IMG/VR virus record: IMGVR_UViG_3300026484_000087 | Coordinates: 142,245-206,244 of that record | Strand: one strand, 5' to 3' | Length of the DNA: 64,000 nucleotides | In this document: positions 1-10,440 of the stretch, in pieces | Numbering within the stretch: position 1 is the stretch's first letter | How the letters are laid out: each line of letters starts with the position of its first letter | Position numbers and translations under genes: made by a program | Notes under the pieces: generated by a model | What the model saw: only the letters and a program-made list of their open reading frames with translations | What the model was told of the DNA's origin: nothing | The model's database searches: none

Positions 1-3000
1 TTATCTAAGATACTTAAAGAAGTAAGTTCTAGTAGATCAGGTAATGAGGAAGAAGAACTTAGATTTGATTATGATACAGGTTCTTTTAAAACAAAATCAG
101 ATATATCTGATAACTTAACAACAAAGCTGGATAATAAGCTTTTGGATTCTGGTACAACATTTAGTATCGATAGAATATTAAACGATATAGATAAAGAAAT
201 AAAACTTAATCTATCTGAAGAAGAATTAGCAGACATTAAAGAAAATATTTTAATGTATACTATAAATGGTAAATCTTTAAATCCTAAAACTCTAGAGAAA
301 AATGGTTTTTACGACGATCTTAATCCAGAGTTGGCAGATAAATTCAAAACAGCTATAGATAAATACCTAAATGTTGAGGACGATAAATTAAGAGATACTA
401 GGGTTAGTTTCCTTAATAAAGAATTAAATAACATTAAAACAAATGCTCCAAGTCCACAAGATATACTTGAAAGCTATGATTCATCTGGAAGTATGGATGT
501 TCTGGTAGATAAAGGCTTTGTTAAACTTGATGAGAAAACAGGTGACTATAAATTAGATAAGGATAATTATAGAGAGTTACTTGGTAAGTCTGTTAGAAAC
601 ATTAAGGATAAAGAAGAAGTAAAAGATAAAGAGTATAAATCTTTTGCTGAAAAGTTACTAGCTGATAAAATGAAGAAAGCTGGAATATCTAAGGACGAAG
701 AATCTGTTACAAATGAACCATCTAGTAATACAGGTAAGTTCTTTAAGGGTATTGCCACAAGTGTAAAAGGGTTTAGTACAAATCTTGAACAAAATGCTAT
801 AGATCTAGTAGATGGCAAAAAAGATATAAGTGGTAAAATATCTGAATTAGGTAAGGGTACAAAAGAGTACATCACTGGCAAAAAAGATTTATCAAATCTT
901 AGTTTTAGTACAGAAGCCAGCGATGACTTTAATCCATTAGCACCTATAAAAGTTAAGAGGTCTTTACTTACCGATTTTAAAACTGGTAAGGATTTTGTTA
1001 GTGGAATACATTCTATATCTGATGTTAAAAATATACTGGAATCTACTGATAAATATAAAACAATAGAAAGTAAAATAAAAGCTGTTAAGAAATTGGCAGA
1101 AGAATCGGAAAATCCTAAAGAGTTTGTAGAATCTTTTAGGAAAACTGATGAATATAAAAAACTATCAACTAGCGGTAAAGCAGCGATAGATAAAGTTAGT
1201 GGTACTATAAGTACTGTTGGAAAAGCCATTAAGGAAGATGTAGAAAATACAAAAACTTTTAAAACAGCTGAAACGGCAGTTACTAGAGGTAAGAAATTAG
1301 CATCTGATGTTGTTAATAGTAAGCCAATTAAAAAGATAACTGAATCTAAGATAGTTACAAATGCTATTGAAGACTTAGATGGAATAAAAACTAAAGTTAC
1401 TAATTTAGCTAATCTATCAGATATGTCTACAGTTGTAGAAGAGTTATGGGTAAAAGTTGAAAGTAAAATAGAAGAGCTAGAAGCATTAGATAAAAATGAT
1501 GTTATAAATAAAAGAATAGAAGCTCTTAGAAATTTATCTTCAGATATAGAAAAATTTGAAGTAGATGAAAATAATATAAATGAAAGTAGAAAAACAGTAT
1601 TAGGTTTTATAAGTACTTTAAGTAAATTACTATCAACAGCTATTGCCACGGATGTTAAAGATACTATAGTTAGTAAAGTATCTCCTATTAGTAAGAAGAT
1701 AAGTCATGTTACTAATAAGTATACATTTAAGAAACCTACAATCGATGAAAAAGATACTAATGCGGAAGAAGTTAGTAAGAAAGTAGAAAAGAAAACTACT
1801 AAACAAACTTATAAACCAAAACCGAGTAGAAAATATATTAAGAAAGAAGCAGGTGAAGTAATACCTGGTAAACCTACTATTATAGCTGGTAAGGCTTCTA
1901 GTTATAAATCTGCAGTAGTTCCTGATAGAAAACCTACATTTGATTTCAGCGATAACAATGCTAAACAGGCTATAATTGATAAATTGAAGTTTACTAAAGG
2001 TGGACAGTATAAGTTCAGTTCTTCAGCGGATGTAGAGCAATTAAAAGATATACTTAAGTTACCGGCTATACCTGTTAAAATAGTTAGATTGTTATTAGAT
2101 TTTAATTTTATAGGAACAATAGGTTCTGATAGCACAATGCCAGCATCATTTAGTGCAGCATTCGTAAAAGAGGTACCTGGTCTAAAAGATGACTATCTAT
2201 TCTTAATAACTAAACAAACTTTAGATATGGCAGAGGCTAATCCAGAAGTACTTATAGAAATGATATCTCATGAACATGAGCATTTGGTTCAAACTACTGA
2301 TGGTAGATTAAGATTTCCTCAACAGGATGAAAGTATAGCTGGTCACTACTACAGTGAAATAGATTTTGATAAAGATAAATTCAAAACAGCTACACATTTA
2401 ATACCGTTTAAACATTACTTAGATTCTCCATGGGAAACAGAAGCATATAGAGAAGGTTACTCTAATGTATATGATTACTATATAGAGAATGGTATAATAC
2501 CTGAAAAGACGACTAGAGAAGAGTTTATAAAACAAGCTCAAGACACTAACTTCAAACAGATAAGAGACCAGAACAAAGTAATACTTAAACAATATGAGGA
2601 TTTATTTAAACAGAATAATGCTCCATGGTATTATGATAAAGAAGGAGATATCGATTATGATAAAATACCTTCTTTAAAAGCTATGCAAGAAACGCCTACA
2701 AGTTTCACATACGAAAGTCCAAATGGGCCAGATGACGGTGTAGTAGATGTTAATGCGGAACAGATTGATATTGGAGGCGATCCAAAAGTTGCTGCCGGTA
2801 TAAAAACTGATAGAAAAGAAACCTTAAAAGATAAGCTATCTAGACAAAAAGATAAACTTGTAAATACTGGAAAAGATATAAGTAAAAAGGTTACTGCTAA
2901 TAAAACAGTAGATAAACTATTACATAAAAATAAAGATCTTACTAAGATGTCTTTTAGTACTGAAGATAATAGCTTTAATAAGTTAGCTCCGGTTAAAAGA

Positions 3001-6000
3001 GAAAATAGAATAGATAGTTTTATACAAAGTACTAAGGATACTGTTAAGGATACAAAGGATACTGTTGTAAACAGTAAACTATATAAAGACAGCATTGAAA
3101 AAATAAAATATATAGAAACATTCTTATCTAATAAAGTAGATAAAATAGTAACTCCAGATATTAAGAGAACAGTTATAGATAAAATAGATTCTTATGTTCT
3201 TGATAAAATGACAGCTCTTGGTAAGATAGATACTGATGATAAACGTAAAACATATGATGGATTACAGAGTGCTAGGGATAAACTAAAAGCTATAGATGTA
3301 AATAAAAATACAACTAAGGATTTTATAAATAGTACAAAATCGGTATATTCAGATATAAATAAATTTGGTCCGAATGAATTTAAAGAACTGGTATCTGATA
3401 TAAAAACTAAATCTATAGATAAGCTTACTGAATTTAAAGGTAGGGTTGAAGATAACGTTGCTATAAACAATATAAAAGATGATGTTATTGAAAGAGCTAC
3501 TGACGTTAAAGAGTTTGTAGACAATAATGAAACAGTTAAAAACATAAAAAACTCTGTTAGTAATGTTGTTAAAGTTAATGATATAAAAGATAGTAAAGCT
3601 GGTAAGTTAATTAAAAAACATATTCCTAAAAGTTTTACTGATAGTATAGCCAACATTAAATCTACTGTATTTGATGCTCCTAAGGATGAGAGAGTACATG
3701 AGTTCGATGTTAATGAAGAAGATAAAACTGAACAACAGGAACTAAAAGATATTCTGTTTAAGATAACTGATAGTTCTGATTCAGATAGTCTTAGATTAAA
3801 TCTAAAAATATATTTGGAAAAAGTAAATAAAGAGATAGATAAAGTAAGTGACTTCATTTCTAAAGATAAAGAAAGAGAACTTAAGTTTAGAGGAAGAGTA
3901 GATAAGTTAAAGAACATTAGTGAAAAACTATTTAATATAGACATTAATGAAAGTTCTACTATAAAAGATCTATCTAAAGAACTTAATGAGGGATTAGGTA
4001 CTCTTATATCTGACGTTACGCCATCTAAGTTTAAAACTAGTAGCGGTCCAACGAAAGAAGAAGAGGATAAAGCTAAAGAAGAAAGTAAAGAAGATTCATT
4101 ATTAGATATACTTGATTCTGATAATCCTATAGATGCATTACAAAGTAAAATTAAGAATGCCGTTAAGTCTAAAATAAAAGGCTTATTAAAATCTGGAGTT
4201 AAAGGTGCTTTTAACTTAGGTAAAGGTATTATTCAGAGAGATATTGAACGTGGTAAAAAACTTAGAGCGTTCCTTAAAAAGAAACTATTTGATAAAAAGG
4301 ATGGTTCACCTGGATTTGTTAAAACTAAACTAAATAAAGGTTTAAACTTTGCTGGTAAGGTTTTAAGAAAAGGTAAAGATCTAGCATCTGATATAAATGA
4401 TAAAAGCATAAATGTAGTTAAAGCTGATATCAGAAATGGTGAACGTCTTAGAGGCATGCTCTTTAAAAGTAAATCTAAAGATAATGAAACAAAACATGAA
4501 GAAGCTAAAACTACAGTAGAACCTATTGTCAAGATATCTAGTGCTACAAAAGATGAAAAAGTAAAAGAGATATCCGATAATGCTAAGGGTACAGTCAAAA
4601 AGAAAAAACCTATTAAATCTAAGAAATCTCATAAACAAAAAAGAGGAATAATAGATCCTTCTACTATTATATATACTAGAGGAGAACATGGACAACGTGT
4701 ACTTAAGAAAACTAGTATAGCTGGAAGTTCTAATAAACTTAGTACTAGTGCTGACAGAGATGGTGATGGTAGACGTGATGGTTCTTGGTTGGATAAGGTC
4801 TCTAAAACAAAAGATGATAAGGTAAAAGCATCTAAGAAAACAAAACAAGTAAAAGGTATATCTGGTAGTGCCAATGTAGTTAAATCTGCTTTCGATAGAG
4901 ATGGTAGCGGTAGACGTGATGGTTCTTGGTTGGATAGACTTAAAAAGAAAAAAGATACTGCGATAAATAGTGGAAAGAACATATTAGCTAAGGCTAAAGA
5001 AAAAGGTTTTTCATGGTTGCCTATGTTAATTGGTGCTTTTGGTTTCTTAAAACCATTGTTGGGCAAATTAATTGGTGGCGTAAGTAGTTTAGGTAAATTT
5101 ATAGTAAATGGTGTTGGAAGTGCTTTTAAATCTGTTGGTAGTTTCTTATTAAATGGAATTAAAGGAATCTTCGGATCATTGGGTAAAATGTTATCTGGTC
5201 CATTAGAGGCTGTTAAGGGTTTTGTTTCTAATGGTATAGACAAAGCCAAGGCTGTTGCTGGAAAAGCTCTTGATGCTGCTAAGAATGCCGGTAGTAAGGT
5301 ATTAGAAGTAGCTAAGAATTCTAAAGCTGGCAAAATTGTTGCTAACGTTGCAAGTAAGGCAAAAAATGCCATTGTATCAGGTGGATCTAAATTATTAAAC
5401 GGAGTTAAGAATTCTAAGGTGGGTGGTGTAGTTGCTAAAGTAGCTAAGAAGATACCTACTGATGGAATACTTAAACTTCTTAAATCTTTTAAAGGTTTAA
5501 TATTTAAGAAACTAGGTAAAAAAGCAGGGGCCACAGTTGCTGCTAAATTGGCTGGTAAAGTTGCATCTAGAATTGTTCCATTTGCCGGAGCAGCATTACT
5601 TGCTTATGATGCTGCTAAAATAGGTTATGATGTCTTCCATAATGGTACTAGTCTTAAGAGTGCCATATCTAAACAGATTCTTGGATTTGATTTATTTAGT
5701 AAAGACGATGTACCTAAAGATGAGGATGGTAATCCTATAAAACCAGATGAGCAAACCTCGGAAGCTTCTAAAGGTAAAAAAGATAATTCAGCTAAAGTAG
5801 AAGCAGTTGTTAAAAAGAAAGTTAAACAAGCTGGATTCATAGATGTTGACGGTAAGAAAGTAAGGGTTTCTACTAAACAAATGGCTATGATAAAGGATTT
5901 AATGGATAAGGGTGAAAGTCAAAAAGCCTTAATGTTATTAAATACTTTAAAAGAACAACAATATAAAGATAAAGATAATGATGCTAAAAATAAAGCGTTA

Positions 6001-7620
6001 GAAGAAGAGAATAATAAAATAGACGAATTTAATTCTAAGATAGATGAAAATAAAACACAATCTAAAAAAGTAATCAAAAAGAAAAGTAAAAAACTTAATA
6101 AAGTTATTTCTATTCTTAATGGCGATAAAAAGAAAATAAGCAAGAAAATAGATAAAGTATTTGAAGATAAGAATATTAATATAAAAGAAAAAAGAAAAAG
6201 AATAAGTAAATTAACGTATATAATAAACAGCATAAATACGATAATTCATGAATTAAAAAATAGTTACGATATAAATGATCCTGAGGATATTGAAGAACTT
6301 GTTAGTTTATATGGTAAAGGCTATAAATATGCTTTAAGTAAATCATTATTAGATACTCTTAATGGCATAGATAAAAATACAAAAGATATAAATACAAAGG
6401 TAAAAAGTAAATATTTAAAAGATCTTAAAGAAGATAAGGATAACAATATAGAAAAACCTAAGGAAGAAAAAGGTTTACTTAGTAGAGCTGCAGATAGCAT
6501 AAAGAATTTCTTTGGATTTAGTAGTAAGAGAGAAGAACCTACTACAATGACCCCTAGTATTAATAGTGCCAGTACAAACAGTGGCGGTAAGATAGCAAAA
6601 CTTAAACCTATGACCGCTACTGATAGTGATCTTATCTCGGACCTTAAACGTGATGAGGGAGTTGTATTACATACATATAAAGATCATCTAGGTTATAAAA
6701 CCATAGGCACAGGACATCTTACTGATGAACGTAAAGGAGGCATTCCATTACGTAAAATAATTGGTGAAGATAAAGATAATATCACTATGGATGAAAATGA
6801 TACTATATTGAAATATGATATAGATAGAACATCTAAAGAGGTAGAATCTAAAATACCATGGTTAAAGAAAAAACCAGAACCGGTTAAAAAATCTATTATT
6901 AACATGGCGTTTAACTTAGGTACTAATGGATTACTTAAATTCAAAAATACTTTAAAACATGTTAAGAATGATGAGTACAATGAGGCTGCTCATGGCATGC
7001 TTAATAGTAAATGGGCAAGACAAGTTGGTAATCGTGCTACAAGAATAGCTAGTACCGTTGCTTCTGTAGATTATGCTACAGCAAAACAACATGATAATAA
7101 AGTTACTGAAAAGCCTTCTGTATTTAATACAGATAAAGCTATAAGTAATAGTAGAAAAGTTGTTCCAGTAGCTAATAATGTTACCTATAAACCAAGACCT
7201 AAAACTGAAGTTAAATCAGTTGCTAAAGTTGAAAGTGTAGCAGCTCCTGTTAGTACTACAAATACTAGTATAGGTAAAACTATAACTAAGAATACTACCA
7301 AAATAAAAGATCCAGCTAAAACTTTAGCGGTTGAAAGTAATAAAAAACTATCTGCTGTTGGAGAAGTTAGCGATAAATCATTAAGCGAATTAAAAACACT
7401 TAATAAGACAATGACTGATTCTCTAGATATACAGAGACAAACATTAGAAGCAATGACTCAAATGTTAAATTTGAATCACGACATGCATAATAGAAGTTTA
7501 AGTATGGATAAAGATATAGTGGATGTAGAGGTATCTAAAACAAAAAAAATAGCTCCTCCGCAAATGCAATCTATGCCTAAACCAGCTATGGGACTTGAAA
7601 AAAGAAGTTTCGCAAGTTAA
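1..7620 (+). CDS. Giant tail/tape-measure-like virion protein (phiKZ gp181-like), 5'-truncated, with internal zincin and C-terminal GH24 lysozyme
   Basis: Frame 1 is open from base 1, so the true start lies upstream of the window. It has a Gly/Ala/Lys-rich amphipathic region (~5000-5650), HEHEH (HExxH) at 2269-2283 followed by PWETEAY, and the T4-lysozyme triad E-x8-D-x5-T (DEGVVLHTYKDHLGYKT) plus MAFNLG..GLLKF and SKWARQV at ~6620-7060. Confidence 0.8.
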   Translation, partial: LSKILKEVSSSRSGNEEEELRFDYDTGSFKTKSDISDNLTTKLDNKLLDSGTTFSIDRILNDIDKEIKLNLSEEELADIKENILMYTINGKSLNPKTLEKNGFYDDLNPELADKFKTAIDKYLNVEDDKLRDTRVSFLNKELNNIKTNAPSPQDILESYDSSGSMDVLVDKGFVKLDEKTGDYKLDKDNYRELLGKSVRNIKDKEEVKDKEYKSFAEKLLADKMKKAGISKDEESVTNEPSSNTGKFFKGIATSVKGFSTNLEQNAIDLVDGKKDISGKISELGKGTKEYITGKKDLSNLSFSTEASDDFNPLAPIKVKRSLLTDFKTGKDFVSGIHSISDVKNILESTDKYKTIESKIKAVKKLAEESENPKEFVESFRKTDEYKKLSTSGKAAIDKVSGTISTVGKAIKEDVENTKTFKTAETAVTRGKKLASDVVNSKPIKKITESKIVTNAIEDLDGIKTKVTNLANLSDMSTVVEELWVKVESKIEELEALDKNDVINKRIEALRNLSSDIEKFEVDENNINESRKTVLGFISTLSKLLSTAIATDVKDTIVSKVSPISKKISHVTNKYTFKKPTIDEKDTNAEEVSKKVEKKTTKQTYKPKPSRKYIKKEAGEVIPGKPTIIAGKASSYKSAVVPDRKPTFDFSDNNAKQAIIDKLKFTKGGQYKFSSSADVEQLKDILKLPAIPVKIVRLLLDFNFIGTIGSDSTMPASFSAAFVKEVPGLKDDYLFLITKQTLDMAEANPEVLIEMISHEHEHLVQTTDGRLRFPQQDESIAGHYYSEIDFDKDKFKTATHLIPFKHYLDSPWETEAYREGYSNVYDYYIENGIIPEKTTREEFIKQAQDTNFKQIRDQNKVILKQYEDLFKQNNAPWYYDKEGDIDYDKIPSLKAMQETPTSFTYESPNGPDDGVVDVNAEQIDIGGDPKVAAGIKTDRKETLKDKLSRQKDKLVNTGKDISKKVTANKTVDKLLHKNKDLTKMSFSTEDNSFNKLAPVKRENRIDSFIQSTKDTVKDTKDTVVNSKLYKDSIEKIKYIETFLSNKVDKIVTPDIKRTVIDKIDSYVLDKMTALGKIDTDDKRKTYDGLQSARDKLKAIDVNKNTTKDFINSTKSVYSDINKFGPNEFKELVSDIKTKSIDKLTEFKGRVEDNVAINNIKDDVIERATDVKEFVDNNETVKNIKNSVSNVVKVNDIKDSKAGKLIKKHIPKSFTDSIANIKSTVFDAPKDERVHEFDVNEEDKTEQQELKDILFKITDSSDSDSLRLNLKIYLEKVNKEIDKVSDFISKDKERELKFRGRVDKLKNISEKLFNIDINESSTIKDLSKELNEGLGTLISDVTPSKFKTSSGPTKEEEDKAKEESKEDSLLDILDSDNPIDALQSKIKNAVKSKIKGLLKSGVKGAFNLGKGIIQRDIERGKKLRAFLKKKLFDKKDGSPGFVKTKLNKGLNFAGKVLRKGKDLASDINDKSINVVKADIRNGERLRGMLFKSKSKDNETKHEEAKTTVEPIVKISSATKDEKVKEISDNAKGTVKKKKPIKSKKSHKQKRGIIDPSTIIYTRGEHGQRVLKKTSIAGSSNKLSTSADRDGDGRRDGSWLDKVSKTKDDKVKASKKTKQVKGISGSANVVKSAFDRDGSGRRDGSWLDRLKKKKDTAINSGKNILAKAKEKGFSWLPMLIGAFGFLKPLLGKLIGGVSSLGKFIVNGVGSAFKSVGSFLLNGIKGIFGSLGKMLSGPLEAVKGFVSNGIDKAKAVAGKALDAAKNAGSKVLEVAKNSKAGKIVANVASKAKNAIVSGGSKLLNGVKNSKVGGVVAKVAKKIPTDGILKLLKSFKGLIFKKLGKKAGATVAAKLAGKVASRIVPFAGAALLAYDAAKIGYDVFHNGTSLKSAISKQILGFDLFSKDDVPKDEDGNPIKPDEQTSEASKGKKDNSAKVEAVVKKKVKQAGFIDVDGKKVRVSTKQMAMIKDLMDKGESQKALMLLNTLKEQQYKDKDNDAKNKALEEENNKIDEFNSKIDENKTQSKKVIKKKSKKLNKVISILNGDKKKISKKIDKVFEDKNINIKEKRKRISKLTYIINSINTIIHELKNSYDINDPEDIEELVSLYGKGYKYALSKSLLDTLNGIDKNTKDINTKVKSKYLKDLKEDKDNNIEKPKEEKGLLSRAADSIKNFFGFSSKREEPTTMTPSINSASTNSGGKIAKLKPMTATDSDLISDLKRDEGVVLHTYKDHLGYKTIGTGHLTDERKGGIPLRKIIGEDKDNITMDENDTILKYDIDRTSKEVESKIPWLKKKPEPVKKSIINMAFNLGTNGLLKFKNTLKHVKNDEYNEAAHGMLNSKWARQVGNRATRIASTVASVDYATAKQHDNKVTEKPSVFNTDKAISNSRKVVPVANNVTYKPRPKTEVKSVAKVESVAAPVSTTNTSIGKTITKNTTKIKDPAKTLAVESNKKLSAVGEVSDKSLSELKTLNKTMTDSLDIQRQTLEAMTQMLNLNHDMHNRSLSMDKDIVDVEVSKTKKIAPPQMQSMPKPAMGLEKRSFAS

Positions 7621-7627
7621 AACATAT

Positions 7628-7662
7628 CATATAGTACATAGGTTAAACCTATGTACTATATG
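7628..7662. terminator. Bidirectional terminator-like inverted repeat
   Basis: Perfect 17-bp arms CATATAGTACATAGGTT-A-AACCTATGTACTATATG between convergent genes. Confidence 0.75.
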
Positions 7663-7663
7663 T

Positions 7664-8269
7664 TTATATGTCTTTTATTTCTATTTCAAACGGTACGCCA
7701 TCAAACATAGATTTATTTTTATCCACTTTGGACTCTTTTATTAAATCCAATATTAGGTCATCCCATTTGCTTTTGTCATTATTTCTTATAATATTATATA
7801 CATCATTAATTATGCTAACATAACTAGTAGCTGATGTATTGTAATCGGTAACAGTGGATTCTAATCCGCATGAACTAAATTTACTTATATTAAAAGATGT
7901 AAATTTTATATCTCTATCTAATTCTAAAAGATCTTTTAATAAAGTTTTATCACCAATGATTCTACTGTAAGCTAAATGGATAACTATCGACCAGTAGTTT
8001 ATAACACTTGCTTTCTTACCTTTAGGTATCTTAGCTATATCCTTTGGAGATAGTTTGTTTTTGCTAATAAACTTTTTAGGATAATCCGGAATGAGAATAT
8101 AATCCATTGCAGTTCTTAAACAGCTAATTTTACCGATTAAAGTCATAACGGGGTTAAATGTAGCAGTATATGCTAAACGTCTACCTATCTTACTTGCAGT
8201 CTGTGAACTAACGTTAATGTAGTTTATTTCTTCTACATCTTCTGGTTTTACTTTATATAGTTTACGCAT
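7664..8269 (-). CDS. Conserved phiKZ-like hypothetical protein
   Basis: 201-aa ORF with an AAGGA RBS. The YINVSSQTASKIGRRL motif resembles a jumbo-phage family I recall as HINIYS...T.LGR.L. Confidence 0.6.
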   Translation of the reverse strand: MRKLYKVKPEDVEEINYINVSSQTASKIGRRLAYTATFNPVMTLIGKISCLRTAMDYILIPDYPKKFISKNKLSPKDIAKIPKGKKASVINYWSIVIHLAYSRIIGDKTLLKDLLELDRDIKFTSFNISKFSSCGLESTVTDYNTSATSYVSIINDVYNIIRNNDKSKWDDLILDLIKESKVDKNKSMFDGVPFEIEIKDI

Positions 8270-8284
8270 AAATATCCTTTAATA

Positions 8285-8710
8285 TTATAAATCTTTTGTT
8301 ACATCATAAGCATATAGTTTAATTATAAACATTATACCCATACTACTATTAAGTTCATCTTTATCTGGTTCAACTAGATCTTTGAAACTACTTGGCATAT
8401 GTAAACTGTCCACAGTTGCATTTAAAGATGTAAATAGTTCTTCAGCTAAGTCATCTACATATAGTTCATTTACTATAAGTTTCAATTTAAGATTTAGAAT
8501 AAATTCTAATTTTAAATCCTGATCATCCTTACTCTTCTTTATGTTATCCATAATGGTATCGATACCACTCTTATTAAAGAACATAATAATATTAACTTTA
8601 GATAAGAAGTTTATAAAATCCAGTATTGTTCTAGTATCCTTGTCGCAAGTACAGACGTCCCTAATAACGCTTTTCATAGTTCTAACTATGATATCTTGTC
8701 TATTTTCCAT
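8285..8710 (-). CDS. Hypothetical protein
   Basis: 141-aa ORF overlapping the upstream gene by 11 nt in a minus-strand operon. Confidence 0.7.
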   Translation of the reverse strand: MENRQDIIVRTMKSVIRDVCTCDKDTRTILDFINFLSKVNIIMFFNKSGIDTIMDNIKKSKDDQDLKLEFILNLKLKLIVNELYVDDLAEELFTSLNATVDSLHMPSSFKDLVEPDKDELNSSMGIMFIIKLYAYDVTKDL

Positions 8711-9380
8711 TGTCTAAATCCTTCAAAACAGTTATCTCATGCTGGCTTTCTCTATTGCTAGCATGTTTTATATCTGTTACTAATCTTAACTTTGTTACAT
8801 TTAATAAGTTAAATATAACATCCACAAAGACACTCCATGTTATTTCTTTGGCGTTTATATTGCCATTCATAGATGATTTTGTCTTTTTCTTTATACCTTT
8901 GTCAGATTTTATATATTCGTCTAACAATTTCTTTCTAGAATCTTTATCGTCAAGTTTTAAATCCACTAACACTTTTTTTAATAGTTTAGCTAACAATCCA
9001 TCCATATCTTTAACGGATGATTTTTTATTTACGGTAACAGAATGTAATGTCGTTACTTGTTCTTCAGATTCGCTAGGTTTTCTAGTTATCTGTATGGATA
9101 AAACAAGTTCCTTTATATTAAGCAGGTTAAATAGAATATAAATAAATGTCTTCCACGTAATTTCATCAGCAGTGATGTTATTAAACATAGTTGACCTAGT
9201 TATGGTTCTATCTACATTAGTCTTATTATACTTGTTAATTCTAACGTACCTATCTACTAAATAGGTAATGCTTTTTATTAAGTTTAACTCCATAAACATT
9301 TTATGTAGTAATTTAGCTAAAACAGAATTTTCTTTATTGTTAGAAGATTTATCTGTGATCTTCTTTAACTTGTTCTTCAT
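8700..9380 (-). CDS. Hypothetical protein with tandem duplicated ~100-aa domain
   Basis: Two copies of LAKLL.K...L.L...ITW..F....FNLLN. ATG at 9380 follows an AAGGA RBS (the track start is 9398). Confidence 0.7.
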   Translation of the reverse strand: MKNKLKKITDKSSNNKENSVLAKLLHKMFMELNLIKSITYLVDRYVRINKYNKTNVDRTITRSTMFNNITADEITWKTFIYILFNLLNIKELVLSIQITRKPSESEEQVTTLHSVTVNKKSSVKDMDGLLAKLLKKVLVDLKLDDKDSRKKLLDEYIKSDKGIKKKTKSSMNGNINAKEITWSVFVDVIFNLLNVTKLRLVTDIKHASNRESQHEITVLKDLDNGK

Positions 9381-9465
9381 TTGTTTTTTCCTTATCATAT
9401 CTCTTATTTTTAAGATATCAGTTGCCTACCCGTTGTTTGAACATCCATTATTTTTTACATGTTTT

Positions 9466-9945
9466 TTATTCCTCCTTAACTTGGTTATTAATTATACCAT
9501 CAATGATATTTTCTATATTAATAATATATGGCTGTATCTTCATCGATATCCAGTATTTCTTTGTATCTTCAATGTTACTGTGGTAGTTATTGTATAATGT
9601 AACAAATTCTATTGCTATTGTTAGAAAGTCCAACCATTTCTTGTTACCATCTTCATAAATTACATTATCCTTATTTGTATACCACATACTAAAACGCTTA
9701 TTTTTTAATTTATTTTCTGTAATGTTATTAGCGTTAAATTCATCTATCTCTATATCATTTATCATATTTGTTATAAGATCTATATACTCACCTATCGTGG
9801 GTTCTAAAGAATTTATTATAATGCTAGAGTTTGTTTTATATGGGTCCACTTTTACATACTTATGTACACATATTAATTTTTTTATTAATGTTTTGCAGTT
9901 ATAGCATTCTTTATTATAGAAAATCTTTTTAAATATATTTAACAT
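9466..9945 (-). CDS. Hypothetical protein
   Basis: 159-aa ORF with an AAGGA RBS, first gene of the minus-strand operon. Confidence 0.65.
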   Translation of the reverse strand: MLNIFKKIFYNKECYNCKTLIKKLICVHKYVKVDPYKTNSSIIINSLEPTIGEYIDLITNMINDIEIDEFNANNITENKLKNKRFSMWYTNKDNVIYEDGNKKWLDFLTIAIEFVTLYNNYHSNIEDTKKYWISMKIQPYIINIENIIDGIINNQVKEE

Positions 9946-10032
9946 ATATAATCCTTATTTATCTTTTCTCATCTATTAGTATGTCGTATAAATGATATTT
10001 TAATGAAGAATACAAGTTTATAAGGATTTGAT

Positions 10033-10440
10033 ATGGAAAATAATGAAGCAGGTCTATTAAGTCAAGAAGACTTAGATCTATTAAGAGAAACCAGAAAGGT
10101 AAGAATGGATCTTATAAAAGATATGACCGTTGATGGAGTACCTACAAGAAGTGGCGATATTAGAGTACTAAATGAAACTTTAGATGCCACTGATAGACAA
10201 GTTATGGAGTTAGCTAAATTAAAAGCTAAACAACAAGAGAATGATACTAATAATGCTGCAGTTGGTCTTGTTGTAGAGATACTTAATAAAGTTGGTGCTA
10301 GTGGACATAAGCAATTAACAAATGTTGAGGTGGAGCTACCAGATGACTTTATACCAGTTGATATAGTTCCAGGTGAAACGGATATAAACGCAGAAGAATT
10401 AGATTTAAGTAATTTTATAAGAGGTGGAGACGATGAATAG
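10033..10440 (+). CDS. Hypothetical protein (acidic)
   Basis: 135-aa ORF with an AAGGA RBS, divergent from the 9945 gene. Confidence 0.7.
   Translation: MENNEAGLLSQEDLDLLRETRKVRMDLIKDMTVDGVPTRSGDIRVLNETLDATDRQVMELAKLKAKQQENDTNNAAVGLVVEILNKVGASGHKQLTNVEVELPDDFIPVDIVPGETDINAEELDLSNFIRGGDDE

Noticed and set aside
567-6980. Long minus-strand ORFs antisense to the giant tail gene (for example 567-1649, 3192-3944, 4629-5534)
   Set aside because: These are Ser/Leu/Phe-rich shadow frames of a Lys/Asp/Glu-rich gene, with no RBS or motifs.
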